Source: Chlamydiia bacterium (GTDB taxonomy: Bacteria; Chlamydiota; Chlamydiia; Chlamydiales; Simkaniaceae). Taken from it: 64,000 nt of DNA. The DNA lies in NCBI GenBank assembly GCA_030430655.1, contig JAUIKQ010000001.1, positions 1,018 through 65,017 of the forward strand, given 5' to 3'. The position numbers were made by a program, and so were the translations under genes. The notes under the pieces were generated by a model, which was given only the letters and a program-made list of their open reading frames with translations, ran no database searches and was not told the DNA's origin. This document shows, piece by piece, positions 27,778-37,013 of this stretch; positions within the stretch are counted from its first letter, which is position 1, and each line of letters opens with the position of its first letter.

Positions 27778-28449
27778 CTAGCGCTCCTTAAAAAGCGCCT
27801 GAGATTTTTGTCTCGGAAAACGTACTCCTTTGGTGGATAGTACCGCGTATTTTTCTAAAATGGTGCCTGGATTGAGTACACAACTGCACCCAACCTGCAC
27901 TCCATCTCCCAAAATAGCGCCTAGCTTTTTCATAAGTGTTGGTATCTTACGCCCTTTGTAAACCACTGTGATCGGCTTTGAATCAAACCGTTTGTTAGCA
28001 CAAACAGCGCCAGCTCCTAAGTTTACATTTGCGCCTAAAATGGAATCGCCCACATAGTTGAAGTGGGGCGCTTTTGCATTTTTTAGCAAAATAGAGTGCT
28101 TAACTTCCGTACAGTGGCCAACCAAAGCTCCGTAGCTTATATAAGAAAAAGGCCGGATATAGGCTCCAAACCCTAGCCGAGCCTTCTTTTCAATAAAGCT
28201 TGGCCCTTCAATGCACACATTAGGCGCAATGTCTACATCTGACTCTATCGTAATCTGATCAGCGTTTATTAAATGGACAGAAGATGGGAGAGGGCTTTTT
28301 ATTTTTCCAAGCTCCACTTTGCCAAAACACATTTCCAACTGCTCCAATATTGTCCATGGACTTTCCTCTAAAAAAAAATCTTTTAAGGGGAAATCGCTTA
28401 AGTCAAATAAAGTGTTCACAGCGCCTTTTGGGGTTTTCAACATTTCCAA
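27778..28449 (-). CDS. Hexapeptide-repeat (left-handed beta-helix) acyltransferase, GlmU C-terminal-domain-like
   Basis: Imperfect hexapeptide repeats are visible: 'IAPNVCIEGPSFI', 'YGALVGHCTEVKHSILLKNAKAPHFNYVGDSILGANVNLGAGAVCAN', 'GAILGDGVQVGCSCVLNPGTIL'. Confidence 0.7.
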   Translation of the reverse strand: MEMLKTPKGAVNTLFDLSDFPLKDFFLEESPWTILEQLEMCFGKVELGKIKSPLPSSVHLINADQITIESDVDIAPNVCIEGPSFIEKKARLGFGAYIRPFSYISYGALVGHCTEVKHSILLKNAKAPHFNYVGDSILGANVNLGAGAVCANKRFDSKPITVVYKGRKIPTLMKKLGAILGDGVQVGCSCVLNPGTILEKYAVLSTKGVRFPRQKSQALFKER

Positions 28450-28730
28450 ACAAACGAATAAGAGTATATATAACTATATAAATTTCTTCTTCCTTTTATT
28501 ATGTGGAAAAGTTCAAAACTCTGCATTTTCCGAGAGAAAATGAGTGTTTAAAACCTGTTCACAACAGGTTGATAAGTTGCAACTTTTGAACACCTACTCC
28601 CTCTTTTCACACTTTATTGACATTTTTTTCAACAAGTGGCGTTGAACAAAATTGACCTTCAAGGCTCTGCTTTATCTTTTTTGCCATCTGGAGTAAACTT
28701 GCAAAAGCACATGTGCAGGATTGGATATTC

Positions 28731-30656
28731 ATGAAGGCTTGGTATAGAAAAGAGAGGATAGAGTTGGAATCGCATTCGACTGGGTGCGATGTGGCGCGCG
28801 CGTTAAAATTAACGGAGCCTCAAGAGGCGCTTGCCCTTTTGCTAGACAAGGCTCCGTGCGATCTTTCAACCCCTATAACAGAGGGAAGCGAGATCGATTT
28901 TGTGAGCTTCGAAGATCCTTTGGGAAAAGCGATTTTTTGGCACACCTCGGCCCATGTTTTGGCGCAGGCGGTTTTGCGTCTTTGGCCTGAAGCGATCCCG
29001 ACGATTGGTCCCCCGATAGAGCAAGGATTTTATTACGATTTTGCAAACCTGCAACTGACGGAAGAGGATTTCGGAAAAATTGAGGCTCAGGTGCGGCAGA
29101 TCCTTAAGGAAGGACTCGTTCCCAAGCGGCTCTGTTTTGAGGGAAAAAAAGAGGCCTTGGATGTCTTTAGCGCAAACCTTTTTAAGAAAGAGTTGATTGA
29201 AGGGTTTGCAGAAGACGCCCCTATTACTGCTTATCGCCAAGGAGAATTTTTGGACTTGTGTAGAGGGCCTCATTTGCCTTCTCTTGGAAAAATCAAAGCC
29301 TTCAAGGTGCTAAAGACATCTGGCGCTTATTGGAAAGGGGACAGTAACAACCCTTCCCTTACTCGGATTTACGGAATTGCGTTTCCGGATAGGGCTTTGT
29401 TAAAAGAGTACTTGTTTCAGCAACAAGAGGCGCAAAAAAGAGATCACCGGCGGATTGGTAAAGAGTTAGACTTGTTCTCTTTTCATGTTCAATCGCCTGC
29501 CATGCCCTTTATCCATCCGAAAGGGTTGTTTATTTGGAACCAGCTAATACATCACTTAAGAGAGCAACAAGCGAGTTTGGGATATGAGGAAATTAAAACG
29601 CCTCAAATAATGGATAAAACCCTTTGGGAGCAGTCTGGCCACTGGGACCATTACCGAGAGAATATGTTTCTTAGCAAGATTGACGAAAAAGTGTTTGCTA
29701 TCAAGCCTATGAACTGTCCTGGATGTATGCTCTACTACCTCTCTAAGGCACACAGCTATAGAGACTTTCCCAAGAGGGTGGCAGAAATTGGACACGTCCA
29801 TCGCTATGAAGCTTCTGGAGCGGTGAATGGGCTTTTTCGTGTGCGTAGCTTCCACCAAGACGACGCGCATATATTTATGCAAGAGTCAGACATTGAAAAA
29901 GAGGTGTTTGAAGTCTTGAGACTTGCAGACAAGCTTTACTCTACATTTGGATTGACCTATTCTTTAGAGCTTTCCACTCGGCCAAAAAAAGAAAAAACAG
30001 TGGGTAGCGACGAGGAGTGGGATGCTGCGACGCAAGGCTTGACAAAAGCGCTAGAGGCCTGGGGCCACCCCTTTAGAATCAATGAAGGAGATGGAGCTTT
30101 TTATGGTCCTAAAATTGATCTGCATATCAAAGATGCTCTTAAGCGTTCTTGGCAGTGCGGAACGGTTCAACTCGATTTTTCGCTTCCCAAGAGGTTCGAT
30201 TTGCAATATAAGTCCAAAGAGGGGCTCCTCAAAAGGCCCATCATGATTCACCGCGCTCTTTATGGGTCTATCGAACGCTTCTTCGGTGTTCTCATAGAAC
30301 ATTTTGCGGGCAAGTTTCCCCTTTGGTTAAGCCCGCAGCCTTTTCGCCTTCTTCCGGTTGCAGATGTGCATCTGGAATATGCAGATAAGATTTGTGCGCA
30401 AATAAGAGCCGCAGGCTTTCTTTGCGAAGTGGATGCTTCGCCAGAATCTATTGGGAAAAAAGTGCGCCAGGCTCAGCTTCAAAAGGTAAATTACATGTTG
30501 ACAATTGGAGATCGTGAGGTAGACAATCAGACCGTCAGCTTGAGAACTCGAGACAATGTTGTCCACGGTGAAGTGGCAGTTGGATCTTTCGTGGACAGAG
30601 TCCGGGAAGAATACGACAAGCGTTTGTTAGATTCGCCGTTTACCAGAGGAGGTTAG
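28731..30656 (+). CDS. thrS: Threonine--tRNA ligase
   Basis: It has a TGS-like N-terminus and the editing-domain motif 'HTSAHVLAQAV'. Class II core motifs are 'FRVRSFHQDDAHIF', 'MIHRALYGSIERF' and 'PLWLSPQ'. The ATG at 28731 is preferred to the listed GTG at 28713. Confidence 0.95.
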   Translation: MKAWYRKERIELESHSTGCDVARALKLTEPQEALALLLDKAPCDLSTPITEGSEIDFVSFEDPLGKAIFWHTSAHVLAQAVLRLWPEAIPTIGPPIEQGFYYDFANLQLTEEDFGKIEAQVRQILKEGLVPKRLCFEGKKEALDVFSANLFKKELIEGFAEDAPITAYRQGEFLDLCRGPHLPSLGKIKAFKVLKTSGAYWKGDSNNPSLTRIYGIAFPDRALLKEYLFQQQEAQKRDHRRIGKELDLFSFHVQSPAMPFIHPKGLFIWNQLIHHLREQQASLGYEEIKTPQIMDKTLWEQSGHWDHYRENMFLSKIDEKVFAIKPMNCPGCMLYYLSKAHSYRDFPKRVAEIGHVHRYEASGAVNGLFRVRSFHQDDAHIFMQESDIEKEVFEVLRLADKLYSTFGLTYSLELSTRPKKEKTVGSDEEWDAATQGLTKALEAWGHPFRINEGDGAFYGPKIDLHIKDALKRSWQCGTVQLDFSLPKRFDLQYKSKEGLLKRPIMIHRALYGSIERFFGVLIEHFAGKFPLWLSPQPFRLLPVADVHLEYADKICAQIRAAGFLCEVDASPESIGKKVRQAQLQKVNYMLTIGDREVDNQTVSLRTRDNVVHGEVAVGSFVDRVREEYDKRLLDSPFTRGG

Positions 30657-31475
30657 ATGGAAGTTATTGCTGTAAGCAGTTTTAAGGGGGGAACGGCTAA
30701 AACCTCTGTTTCTTTGAATTTTGGAGCTGCCCTGGCTCAATTTCATGGAAAAAAAGTGTTGCTGCTCGATTTTGATTCCCAAGCAAATTTGACAGCAGGG
30801 CTTGGTTATGATCCAGATCACTACGACAGCTTGGCGCCGGTTTTGCAAAAGAAAAAAGGAGTGAATGAAGTTATTTTGTCGACGCGAATTCAAAATTTGG
30901 ACCTAATCCCGGCAGACACTTGGCTGGAAAGAATTGAAGTGACGGGAGCTTTGGCTTCTGATCGCTATTCTCATGAGCGGGTTCGCGATATCCTCTCTCC
31001 CCTTGAGTATGACATTTGTATTGTTGACACTCCCCCTTCCCTTTGCTGGTTGACAGAGTCCGCTTTGATCGCAGCGCAACATGGCTTGGTGTGTGTCTCT
31101 CCAGAGTTTTATAGTGTAAAAGGTTTGCAGCGTCTTTCCTATTTTATCGACTACATCGGTGCTCGTCATCCCATTGCTGTCCTGGGAGTGGTTCTTTCTT
31201 TTTGGAATGCTCGAGGAAAAAATAACGAGGCTTTTTTGGAGCTTATAGAAGAAACCTTTCCAAGCAAGGTTTTAGAAACCAAGGTGCGACGCGATATTAA
31301 GGTGTCTGAAGCGGCTATTTATGGAAAGCCAGTTTTTGAGGTGGCTCCTAAAAGCCGTAGTAGCGAAGATTATATTCAGCTCACACGTGAGCTTTTAGCG
31401 CGTATGGAAAAGCGAGTTGCTTCTCCTGCGAGTATAGGGGAAGGGCATGTACAGCCGCTTGACACGGTAAACTAA
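30657..31475 (+). CDS. parA: ParA/Soj-family ATPase (chlamydial pGP5-D/MinD-like)
   Basis: The deviant Walker A is 'SSFKGGTAKTS'. 'LLLDFDSQANLT' and 'ICIVDTPPSL' are also present. The ATG directly follows the thrS stop codon. Confidence 0.85.
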   Translation: MEVIAVSSFKGGTAKTSVSLNFGAALAQFHGKKVLLLDFDSQANLTAGLGYDPDHYDSLAPVLQKKKGVNEVILSTRIQNLDLIPADTWLERIEVTGALASDRYSHERVRDILSPLEYDICIVDTPPSLCWLTESALIAAQHGLVCVSPEFYSVKGLQRLSYFIDYIGARHPIAVLGVVLSFWNARGKNNEAFLELIEETFPSKVLETKVRRDIKVSEAAIYGKPVFEVAPKSRSSEDYIQLTRELLARMEKRVASPASIGEGHVQPLDTVN

Positions 31476-31476
31476 G

Positions 31477-32211
31477 ATGGGAAAATTTAATCAGCTTTTG
31501 TCTAAGCGATTTAAGTCGGAAGTGGCCAAGAAAACAAGCTCGCTTGCTGCCCTTTCTCAGTCGGGGCAGTTGTCTAGCTTTTCCGGTGTTTTTAATGTTT
31601 CTCCTTTGGGCAATAAAGAAAAAGAGCAACTAAGCCACTTGTTGAAAAAAAATGCGACTAAAAGTAGCACTTTAAATGAAGATTTGTCTCTTTTACTCAC
31701 CCTTACGTCGGAAGTGAAAGCCATTCATAATCAGTCTGTGATTTTGCATGGTGAGCGGATAAAGAAAGCACAGACCGTATTGAAAAAGTATAAAGATGGC
31801 ACCTTTACGCAGTGGATGCTCAGCACTTATGGCAATCGACAAACACCCTACAACTTCTTACAGTATTACGAGCTGTACATTTCGCTTTCTGTAGATTTGC
31901 AAAACAAAGTAGACGGGTTGCCCAAGCAGGTAATTTATAGCCTTTCGAGCAGGGAAGCTGATAGAGGCCAAAAGCAAGCCTTTATCAGTAGCTGTCAATT
32001 TGGGGAAACAAAGCAGCAGCTGCTTTTGAAGCTTCGTGAAAAATTTCCGTTAAAATCTAAAGATAAGCGAAAAACAGATACTGCAAAGGCAACGCTGGTT
32101 TTACTAAAAAAAGTAGCGCAAGAAGTGAAAAGGGATCCGCCAAAGTTGGATGAAAAACAGAAGAAAACTGCGCTGCATTTACTAAGCGTGATCCAATCGC
32201 AATTACTATGA
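31477..32211 (+). CDS. pGP6-D-related protein (chlamydial plasmid-paralog family; likely partner of the ParA)
   Basis: The segment 'EVKAIHNQSVILHGERIKKAQTVLKKYKDGTFTQWMLSTYGNRQTPYNFLQYYELYISL' aligns by eye with the remembered pGP6-D core '...IKSIQKQHVLLLGEKIYNARKIL...TFSSWIELVF.TKSSAYNALAYYELFINL'. The position after parA is as in C. trachomatis CT582-CT583. Confidence 0.6.
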   Translation: MGKFNQLLSKRFKSEVAKKTSSLAALSQSGQLSSFSGVFNVSPLGNKEKEQLSHLLKKNATKSSTLNEDLSLLLTLTSEVKAIHNQSVILHGERIKKAQTVLKKYKDGTFTQWMLSTYGNRQTPYNFLQYYELYISLSVDLQNKVDGLPKQVIYSLSSREADRGQKQAFISSCQFGETKQQLLLKLREKFPLKSKDKRKTDTAKATLVLLKKVAQEVKRDPPKLDEKQKKTALHLLSVIQSQLL

Positions 32212-33620
32212 CTTACCAAACCCCTTTTCAAGACCGGTATGCTTCTGAAGAGATGCTCCATTTGTTTTCTAGAGAGTTCAAATACACGACGTGGCGTCGA
32301 TTGTGGGTGGCTTTGGCTAAAGGGCAGAAGTCTTTGGGAATGTGTATTGAAGACAGCCAAATCGCGTGTATGGAGAAAGCGGTAGCAGATATTGATTTTG
32401 ACAGAGTCGGCGAGCTTGAGAGACAAACGCGCCATGAGGTAATGGCGCACATTCATGCTTTTGGAGAAGCATGTCCGTCAGCCAAGGGAGTGATTCATAT
32501 GGGCGCTACATCGGCTTATGTAATGGATAACACAGACCTTATTCAAATGAAGGCGGCCATGCAGATAATCTGCTCTAAGGTTTTGTCGGTGTTGGAAAGC
32601 TTAAGTCATTTTGCTTTAAAATATAGTGATTTAGCAGTTTTGGGATACACGCACCTGCAAATGGCGCAGCCCACTACTTTGGGCAAACGTGTTGCTACGT
32701 GGATCCAAGATTTGAAGTCCGATTTTCAGATGATCCAATTTCAAGAAAGGCACCTTCCCCTACTTGGAGCCAAGGGAGCGGTAGGAACGCAGGATGCTTT
32801 TTTATCGATGCTTGGCAGCAGCGATAAGGTGGAGGCGCTGGACCGTTTTGTCGCAAAAGAGATGGGATTTGATCATATCGTGCCTATTGCTACCCAAACA
32901 TATCCGAGAAAAATTGATACTAATGTTGTTTTCAGTTTGTCAAATTTCGGTGCGTCGACGCATAAAATGGCCACCGATTTACGTCTTTTATCCCATATGG
33001 ATGAGATTCACGAACCTTTTGGTGAGGGGCAAGTGGGCTCTTCTGCTATGCCTTACAAATGCAATCCTATGCGGATGGAAAGGGTATGCAGCTTGTCTCG
33101 GTTTTTGATGAATTTGGTCTCCAATACATTGCAAACAGCAAGCTTGCAATGGCTAGAGCGTTCATTAGACGATTCGGCTAACCGTAGAATCACACTTCCA
33201 GAGGCATTTCTTTGCGCAGACAGTATTTTAAATATTTTGGGCAATACCTTGCCTAAATTAAAAGTGCACGTAAAGGTGATTCAAGAGCGTTTAAGACAGG
33301 CTGTTCCTTTTCTTTCCGTAGAACAGATTCTAGTAAAAGCAGTAAGCCGGCACGTAGATCGCCAGCTGGCACACGATTTGTTGCAAGACCTCACAAATCA
33401 GGCTAAACAGCAAAAAAATAAAAGAGAGTGGCTACTAGAGCAGATTGCTAAGGAAAAAAGGTTAAAAGTTTCTAAGTCAGAGGTAGAAAGCATTTTTGCA
33501 AGTGCCAGCTTTACTGGACGCGCAAAAGAGCAAACGCTCCAGTTTTTAAAAGAAGAAATTGCGCCGCTACTTTCTAGGCGCCCTTATTCCCAGTCGACTA
33601 TTCCCCAATTAAAGATCTAA
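32208..33620 (+). CDS. purB: Adenylosuccinate lyase
   Basis: The fumarate-lyase signature 'GSSAMPYKCNPMRMERV' is present. The N-terminus is 'RYASEEMLHLFS' and 'GYTHLQMAQPTTLGKR' follows. The start shares an ATGA overlap with the upstream gene. Confidence 0.9.
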   Translation: MTYQTPFQDRYASEEMLHLFSREFKYTTWRRLWVALAKGQKSLGMCIEDSQIACMEKAVADIDFDRVGELERQTRHEVMAHIHAFGEACPSAKGVIHMGATSAYVMDNTDLIQMKAAMQIICSKVLSVLESLSHFALKYSDLAVLGYTHLQMAQPTTLGKRVATWIQDLKSDFQMIQFQERHLPLLGAKGAVGTQDAFLSMLGSSDKVEALDRFVAKEMGFDHIVPIATQTYPRKIDTNVVFSLSNFGASTHKMATDLRLLSHMDEIHEPFGEGQVGSSAMPYKCNPMRMERVCSLSRFLMNLVSNTLQTASLQWLERSLDDSANRRITLPEAFLCADSILNILGNTLPKLKVHVKVIQERLRQAVPFLSVEQILVKAVSRHVDRQLAHDLLQDLTNQAKQQKNKREWLLEQIAKEKRLKVSKSEVESIFASASFTGRAKEQTLQFLKEEIAPLLSRRPYSQSTIPQLKI

Positions 33621-33633
33621 GGAGAAGTGTATT

Positions 33634-34434
33634 TTGAGATTTCTAAAACGTATTTCCTTGTTTCCAATGCAGTGGTATTTATTACTTTTTGTTGCTTTTT
33701 CCTCTCCTTTGTTGGCCTTTTCTGCAAAAAGCCCTTCGAGCCCTGGCATGTTGGTAGAGGGAATTTTTACAAAAAAATCTAAGCTTGGGCTCAAAATGGG
33801 CGCGGCTTTAGACATCACATTAGATCAAGATATGGAGCGAACAGATCAGAATTTCCATACAATTGATCGATTTTCTACCATAACAAGTGAAGGGGTGCTC
33901 TCTCTTGTATTTTATGACCAAATAGAAGTATTTGGAGAAGTTGGCGCCATGCAAATAGCCTGCGTACATAGGCCTGCTATAAGCCAGCAAAACCGCTATA
34001 GCAGCCAAAGCGCTTTAAGTCTCGGCTTTGGCATTAATGCAATAGCATGTCGTTATAAAGAGTATGCTTTGGGAGTGAAGTGGGGATATAAAAAAGCCAA
34101 TCCTCGCCTTAAGTGGATGACAACCAATGGCATTCCCGTATCCGCCCCTACCTCCACCATTGATTTCACAGGGTGGCAGGTAAGTAGTGCGCTATCGTAC
34201 ACAGTCAATAACCTCGTGCCCTATGCAGGAGTGCATTATACAAAAGCAAAGGCCCGTTTTTGTGCTATTCCCTCTCAAGGCCTTAGCGCGCGCGGTTTTG
34301 TGTTGGAGAATCAGCGCTTGATTGGTATACATTTGGGAACGTCGCTTACCGATAAAAAAGCCTATGCGTGTAACATAGAAGTAAGGATGATTAATGAAAC
34401 GGCTATTACGTTGTCTGGAGATATCAAATTCTAA
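33634..34434 (+). CDS. Small outer-membrane beta-barrel protein
   Basis: It has a signal peptide (…LLLFVAFSSPLLAFS/AKS), beta-strand patterning, and ends 'LSGDIKF' with a terminal Phe. The start may be the TTG at 33634 or the ATG at 33667. Confidence 0.6.
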   Translation: MRFLKRISLFPMQWYLLLFVAFSSPLLAFSAKSPSSPGMLVEGIFTKKSKLGLKMGAALDITLDQDMERTDQNFHTIDRFSTITSEGVLSLVFYDQIEVFGEVGAMQIACVHRPAISQQNRYSSQSALSLGFGINAIACRYKEYALGVKWGYKKANPRLKWMTTNGIPVSAPTSTIDFTGWQVSSALSYTVNNLVPYAGVHYTKAKARFCAIPSQGLSARGFVLENQRLIGIHLGTSLTDKKAYACNIEVRMINETAITLSGDIKF

Positions 34435-34521
34435 ATTGCAATTGATTTATTTCTTCTCCGTGAGTAAGATCCTCCTTTATGGCCCTTTACTCTTTTTTAG
34501 TAAATTCTTGAATGGAAATAT

Positions 34522-35682
34522 ATGAAAAATTTTTTTCTATGTCTTTTGGTGCTAGCCTTATCTGTGACAGTTTTTCAGGTTGAAAGAGATTTAAAAAAAC
34601 TCCGTCGTAAGAGTGAGTCTAACTATCAAGCCTATAAAACAGCACGTAGGAGCTTGGATTTTTTATATAGGTCCATGGCAGACAATAGAGCAGGAAGGTT
34701 TGTTCCAGCCTGCTTGAAAAATGTCCCTGATGCTGCAGAAGTGGGCATCGTTCTTGGCAGTAAAAAAATAAATATTGAGGAAGTGGATGCGCCTTACAAC
34801 GCTTCTATCATCGCTAACGGATCGAACTATCTACTTTTTTTCCGTTATGATGTTATACACGATAACATGCATGGATTTGACTCTCACATTGGCTGCGCAG
34901 AGTTAGATCATGATTTTTGCCAGGTAGACTCTAATTTTAAGACCCTTGACTTAGACAACCCTTCTACAGAAGATCCCAGAGTTTTACTTGTGGGGGAGAA
35001 GGCCTATGTCGTTTACAATGCGCTGCAAAAAAGAAAATACTACTGTAGAACGATGCATGTGGCTAACATTGATCTAAATACCCTTTCCGTTGGGTCTGTA
35101 GTCTCTTTGGATCCACAACTGCAACAAGTAGAAAAAAACTGGGTGCCTTTCGAATATGTTGACCAAGACTTAAATTCCCATTTATACTTTGAGTACTACA
35201 TTAACCCTCATCGCATTTTTGATGTAACCAGTATGGAAACGGGGGGTTTGAAACACCTGACCTTTCCAGAGGCTCCGGCTTTTCAAAACGTGCACTGGCC
35301 CTCTTCTTGGGGAGTTATTCGTGGCGGCACTCCCGCAGTTAAGGTAGATCAAGACAGCTATCTTGGTTTTTTTCATTCCTCTTTTGTGGATGAAAAGGAG
35401 ATGACGTGGTATGTCATGGGAGCGTACTTATTTGAGGCTTCTCCTCCCTTTAGAGTGACCCATATTTCACACTATCCCATTTTGTTTGACTCGCTATACA
35501 ATACGCCTCCCATGGGCACCGCTGATCCTGCAAAAAGGTGTATTTTTCCATCGGGATTCCTTTTAGAAAATAGAGAGGGGAGAGAAGTGATCCAGTTGTC
35601 TTGTGGAGAAAACGATTCTAGTGTGAAAATTATTACTTTAGATAAAGAAAAGTTGTTGCACTCTTTGAAAAAACTGCTATGA
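34522..35682 (+). CDS. Membrane-anchored protein with a GH130/DUF377-like beta-propeller pattern (glycosidase, phosphorylase or glycosyltransferase-like)
   Basis: It has an N-terminal TM anchor (FFLCLLVLALSVTVF). The segments 'YNASIIANGSNYLLFFRYD', 'STEDPRVLLVGEKAYVVYNA', 'VEKNWVPFEY' and 'WGVIRGGTPAV....YLGFFHS....WYVMGAYLFEASPPFRV' follow the order of the remembered GH130/DUF377 blade motifs (EDPR, KN..FP, G...HG...Y..GA.l.d). The CDS itself is solid; the function call is tentative. Confidence 0.5.
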   Translation: MKNFFLCLLVLALSVTVFQVERDLKKLRRKSESNYQAYKTARRSLDFLYRSMADNRAGRFVPACLKNVPDAAEVGIVLGSKKINIEEVDAPYNASIIANGSNYLLFFRYDVIHDNMHGFDSHIGCAELDHDFCQVDSNFKTLDLDNPSTEDPRVLLVGEKAYVVYNALQKRKYYCRTMHVANIDLNTLSVGSVVSLDPQLQQVEKNWVPFEYVDQDLNSHLYFEYYINPHRIFDVTSMETGGLKHLTFPEAPAFQNVHWPSSWGVIRGGTPAVKVDQDSYLGFFHSSFVDEKEMTWYVMGAYLFEASPPFRVTHISHYPILFDSLYNTPPMGTADPAKRCIFPSGFLLENREGREVIQLSCGENDSSVKIITLDKEKLLHSLKKLL

Positions 35683-35967
35683 GTAAGCATGTTTATAGAA
35701 GTCTCTATCTAGCAAAATTCCTTCTATTTCTTTTTTAAAAGCTAAATAGCTTTCTGTATTTTTAATAAAACGTTTAATTACAAAACTTTCGTGATCCGCT
35801 GGGACTTCTGTGGCCAGTTCCCACCCCGAGCCACAAAGCTTAATGCTCACATCTATTCCATCAAAACATAGCACTGCGTCTTGTGTATGTAAGAGATGAA
35901 TTTTTGTATTTAGATAATTTTGATATAACACCCATATATTATACCTCAAAAGCAGAAATAAAAACAA
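35677..35967 (-). CDS. Hypothetical small protein (uncertain)
   Basis: The 96-codon ORF begins at a TTG directly after the ung stop. It has no internal ATG, though a GTG exists at codon 13. It overlaps the converging upstream gene by 6 nt. No motif is recognised. Confidence 0.3.
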   Translation of the reverse strand: MFLFLLLRYNIWVLYQNYLNTKIHLLHTQDAVLCFDGIDVSIKLCGSGWELATEVPADHESFVIKRFIKNTESYLAFKKEIEGILLDRDFYKHAYS

Positions 35968-36633
35968 TTATAGGTTCCAATCAATAGCCTTTTTTCCCCA
36001 TGATTTTAAGTAGTTGTTTGTTTTAGAAAAATGGCGGCATCCGAAAAATTTGTGTGCAGAAAAGGGAGAGGGGTGCGCTGCGTTTAAAACCCTGTGTTGC
36101 GAAAAGTTTTTTAAAATAGCGCCTTTTTCTTGCGCAGATTTACCCCATAGCAAAAAAACGATGGGGTCTTTTCTTTGTGCTAATTTTTTTACGACGCTGT
36201 CTGTAAATAGCTCCCAGCCATATCCGTGGTGTGATTTAGGCAAACCTTGACGCACCGTGAGAGTAGAGTTAAGCAGAAACACTCCCTGGTGTGCCCAGCT
36301 TTCCAGACAGCCATGTGAAGGAATAGGCAGATTTAGGTCTGCATGTATTTCTTGAAAGATATTTTTTAATGAAGGGGGCGGAGGGACATTTTTCGGAACG
36401 CTGAAGGCAAGTCCATGTGCTTGCGAAGGGCCGTGGTAGGGATCTTGGCCAATAATTACTACTTTTACCTGGTTGAAAGGGGTCTTATTAAATGCATTAA
36501 AGACTAAAGAAAGGTCTGGATACACGCTATGTTGGCGCACCTCTTGCTGTAAAAATTGTTGTAGCTTTTGCATGAAAGGGTGCTGCAGCTCCTCTTCTAG
36601 CAAATCAAACCAGCTTTTTTCCAAAGTTAACAT
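35968..36633 (-). CDS. ung: Uracil-DNA glycosylase
   Basis: Motifs 'VVIIGQDPYHGPSQAHGLAFSV', 'GVFLLNSTLTV' and 'AAHPSPFSA' are present. The start is set at ATG 36633, preceded by GGAGGA, giving 221 aa. The listed 321-aa ORF adds an implausible N-terminal extension. Confidence 0.9.
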   Translation of the reverse strand: MLTLEKSWFDLLEEELQHPFMQKLQQFLQQEVRQHSVYPDLSLVFNAFNKTPFNQVKVVIIGQDPYHGPSQAHGLAFSVPKNVPPPPSLKNIFQEIHADLNLPIPSHGCLESWAHQGVFLLNSTLTVRQGLPKSHHGYGWELFTDSVVKKLAQRKDPIVFLLWGKSAQEKGAILKNFSQHRVLNAAHPSPFSAHKFFGCRHFSKTNNYLKSWGKKAIDWNL

Positions 36634-36657
36634 GTGCTTTCCTCCATTTTGTGAGGA

Positions 36658-36993
36658 GTGAGTATAGCACGATTGACAGAAACAAAAGAACAGATTTACA
36701 ATTGCTCCTTTTCCCAATTGGTAAAGGGGGTGAGGCTGGTGAAAGATTTGAGTGAAAATAATCTCGTTCGTTTCAAAAACATTTCCAGGAAGAAAGAGAG
36801 CATTTATGCTAACTTCAAAGTGGAAGGGATTCGCAGAGGGGTACTGTTTTCGGCCTCTATTGCGGTCGATCTCGCTGCTGCGGAAATGCAACCTAGTGAT
36901 ACATTGGAAGAAATTATTCACAAATGTGCGCACATTGGACTAAAAGAGTTTCAAGAGGCGAACTTCCAAGTGGAAGGTTTGGAGCAGCTATAG
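36658..36993 (+). CDS. Hypothetical small protein (start uncertain: GTG at 36658, 36730 or 36739)
   Basis: This plus-strand ORF fills the gap between ung and the tRNA. Its composition is protein-like (TLEEIIHKCAHIGLKEFQEA) and it has an internal duplicated motif, ANFKVEG / ANFQVEG. GAGG lies 4 nt before the GTG at 36739. Confidence 0.35.
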   Translation: MSIARLTETKEQIYNCSFSQLVKGVRLVKDLSENNLVRFKNISRKKESIYANFKVEGIRRGVLFSASIAVDLAAAEMQPSDTLEEIIHKCAHIGLKEFQEANFQVEGLEQL

Positions 36994-37013
36994 AGGGACG
37001 CTGCTATTTCTGT

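Noticed and set aside
28450-28730. thrS leader, including the hairpin aacctgt-tcaca-acaggtt at 28551..28569 and the palindrome tgcacatgtgca near 28703, considered as a T-box or operator
   Set aside because: I found no recognisable T-box consensus or specifier/antiterminator arrangement. The hairpins are short, so regulation cannot be supported from sequence alone.
28866-29273. 135-aa minus-strand ORF inside thrS. The same reasoning applies to 29556..29882, 30051..30302 and 30327..30566.
   Set aside because: These are antisense shadows of a highly conserved aminoacyl-tRNA synthetase gene.
31995-32456. 153-aa minus-strand ORF spanning the pGP6-D-like/purB junction
   Set aside because: It is antisense to two tightly coupled plus-strand genes, one of which (purB) is unambiguous.
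36634-36933. 100-codon N-terminal extension of ung in the listed 321-aa ORF
   Set aside because: Uracil-DNA glycosylases are ~220 aa. The internal ATG at 36633 has a GGAGGA SD, and the extension has an implausible composition.
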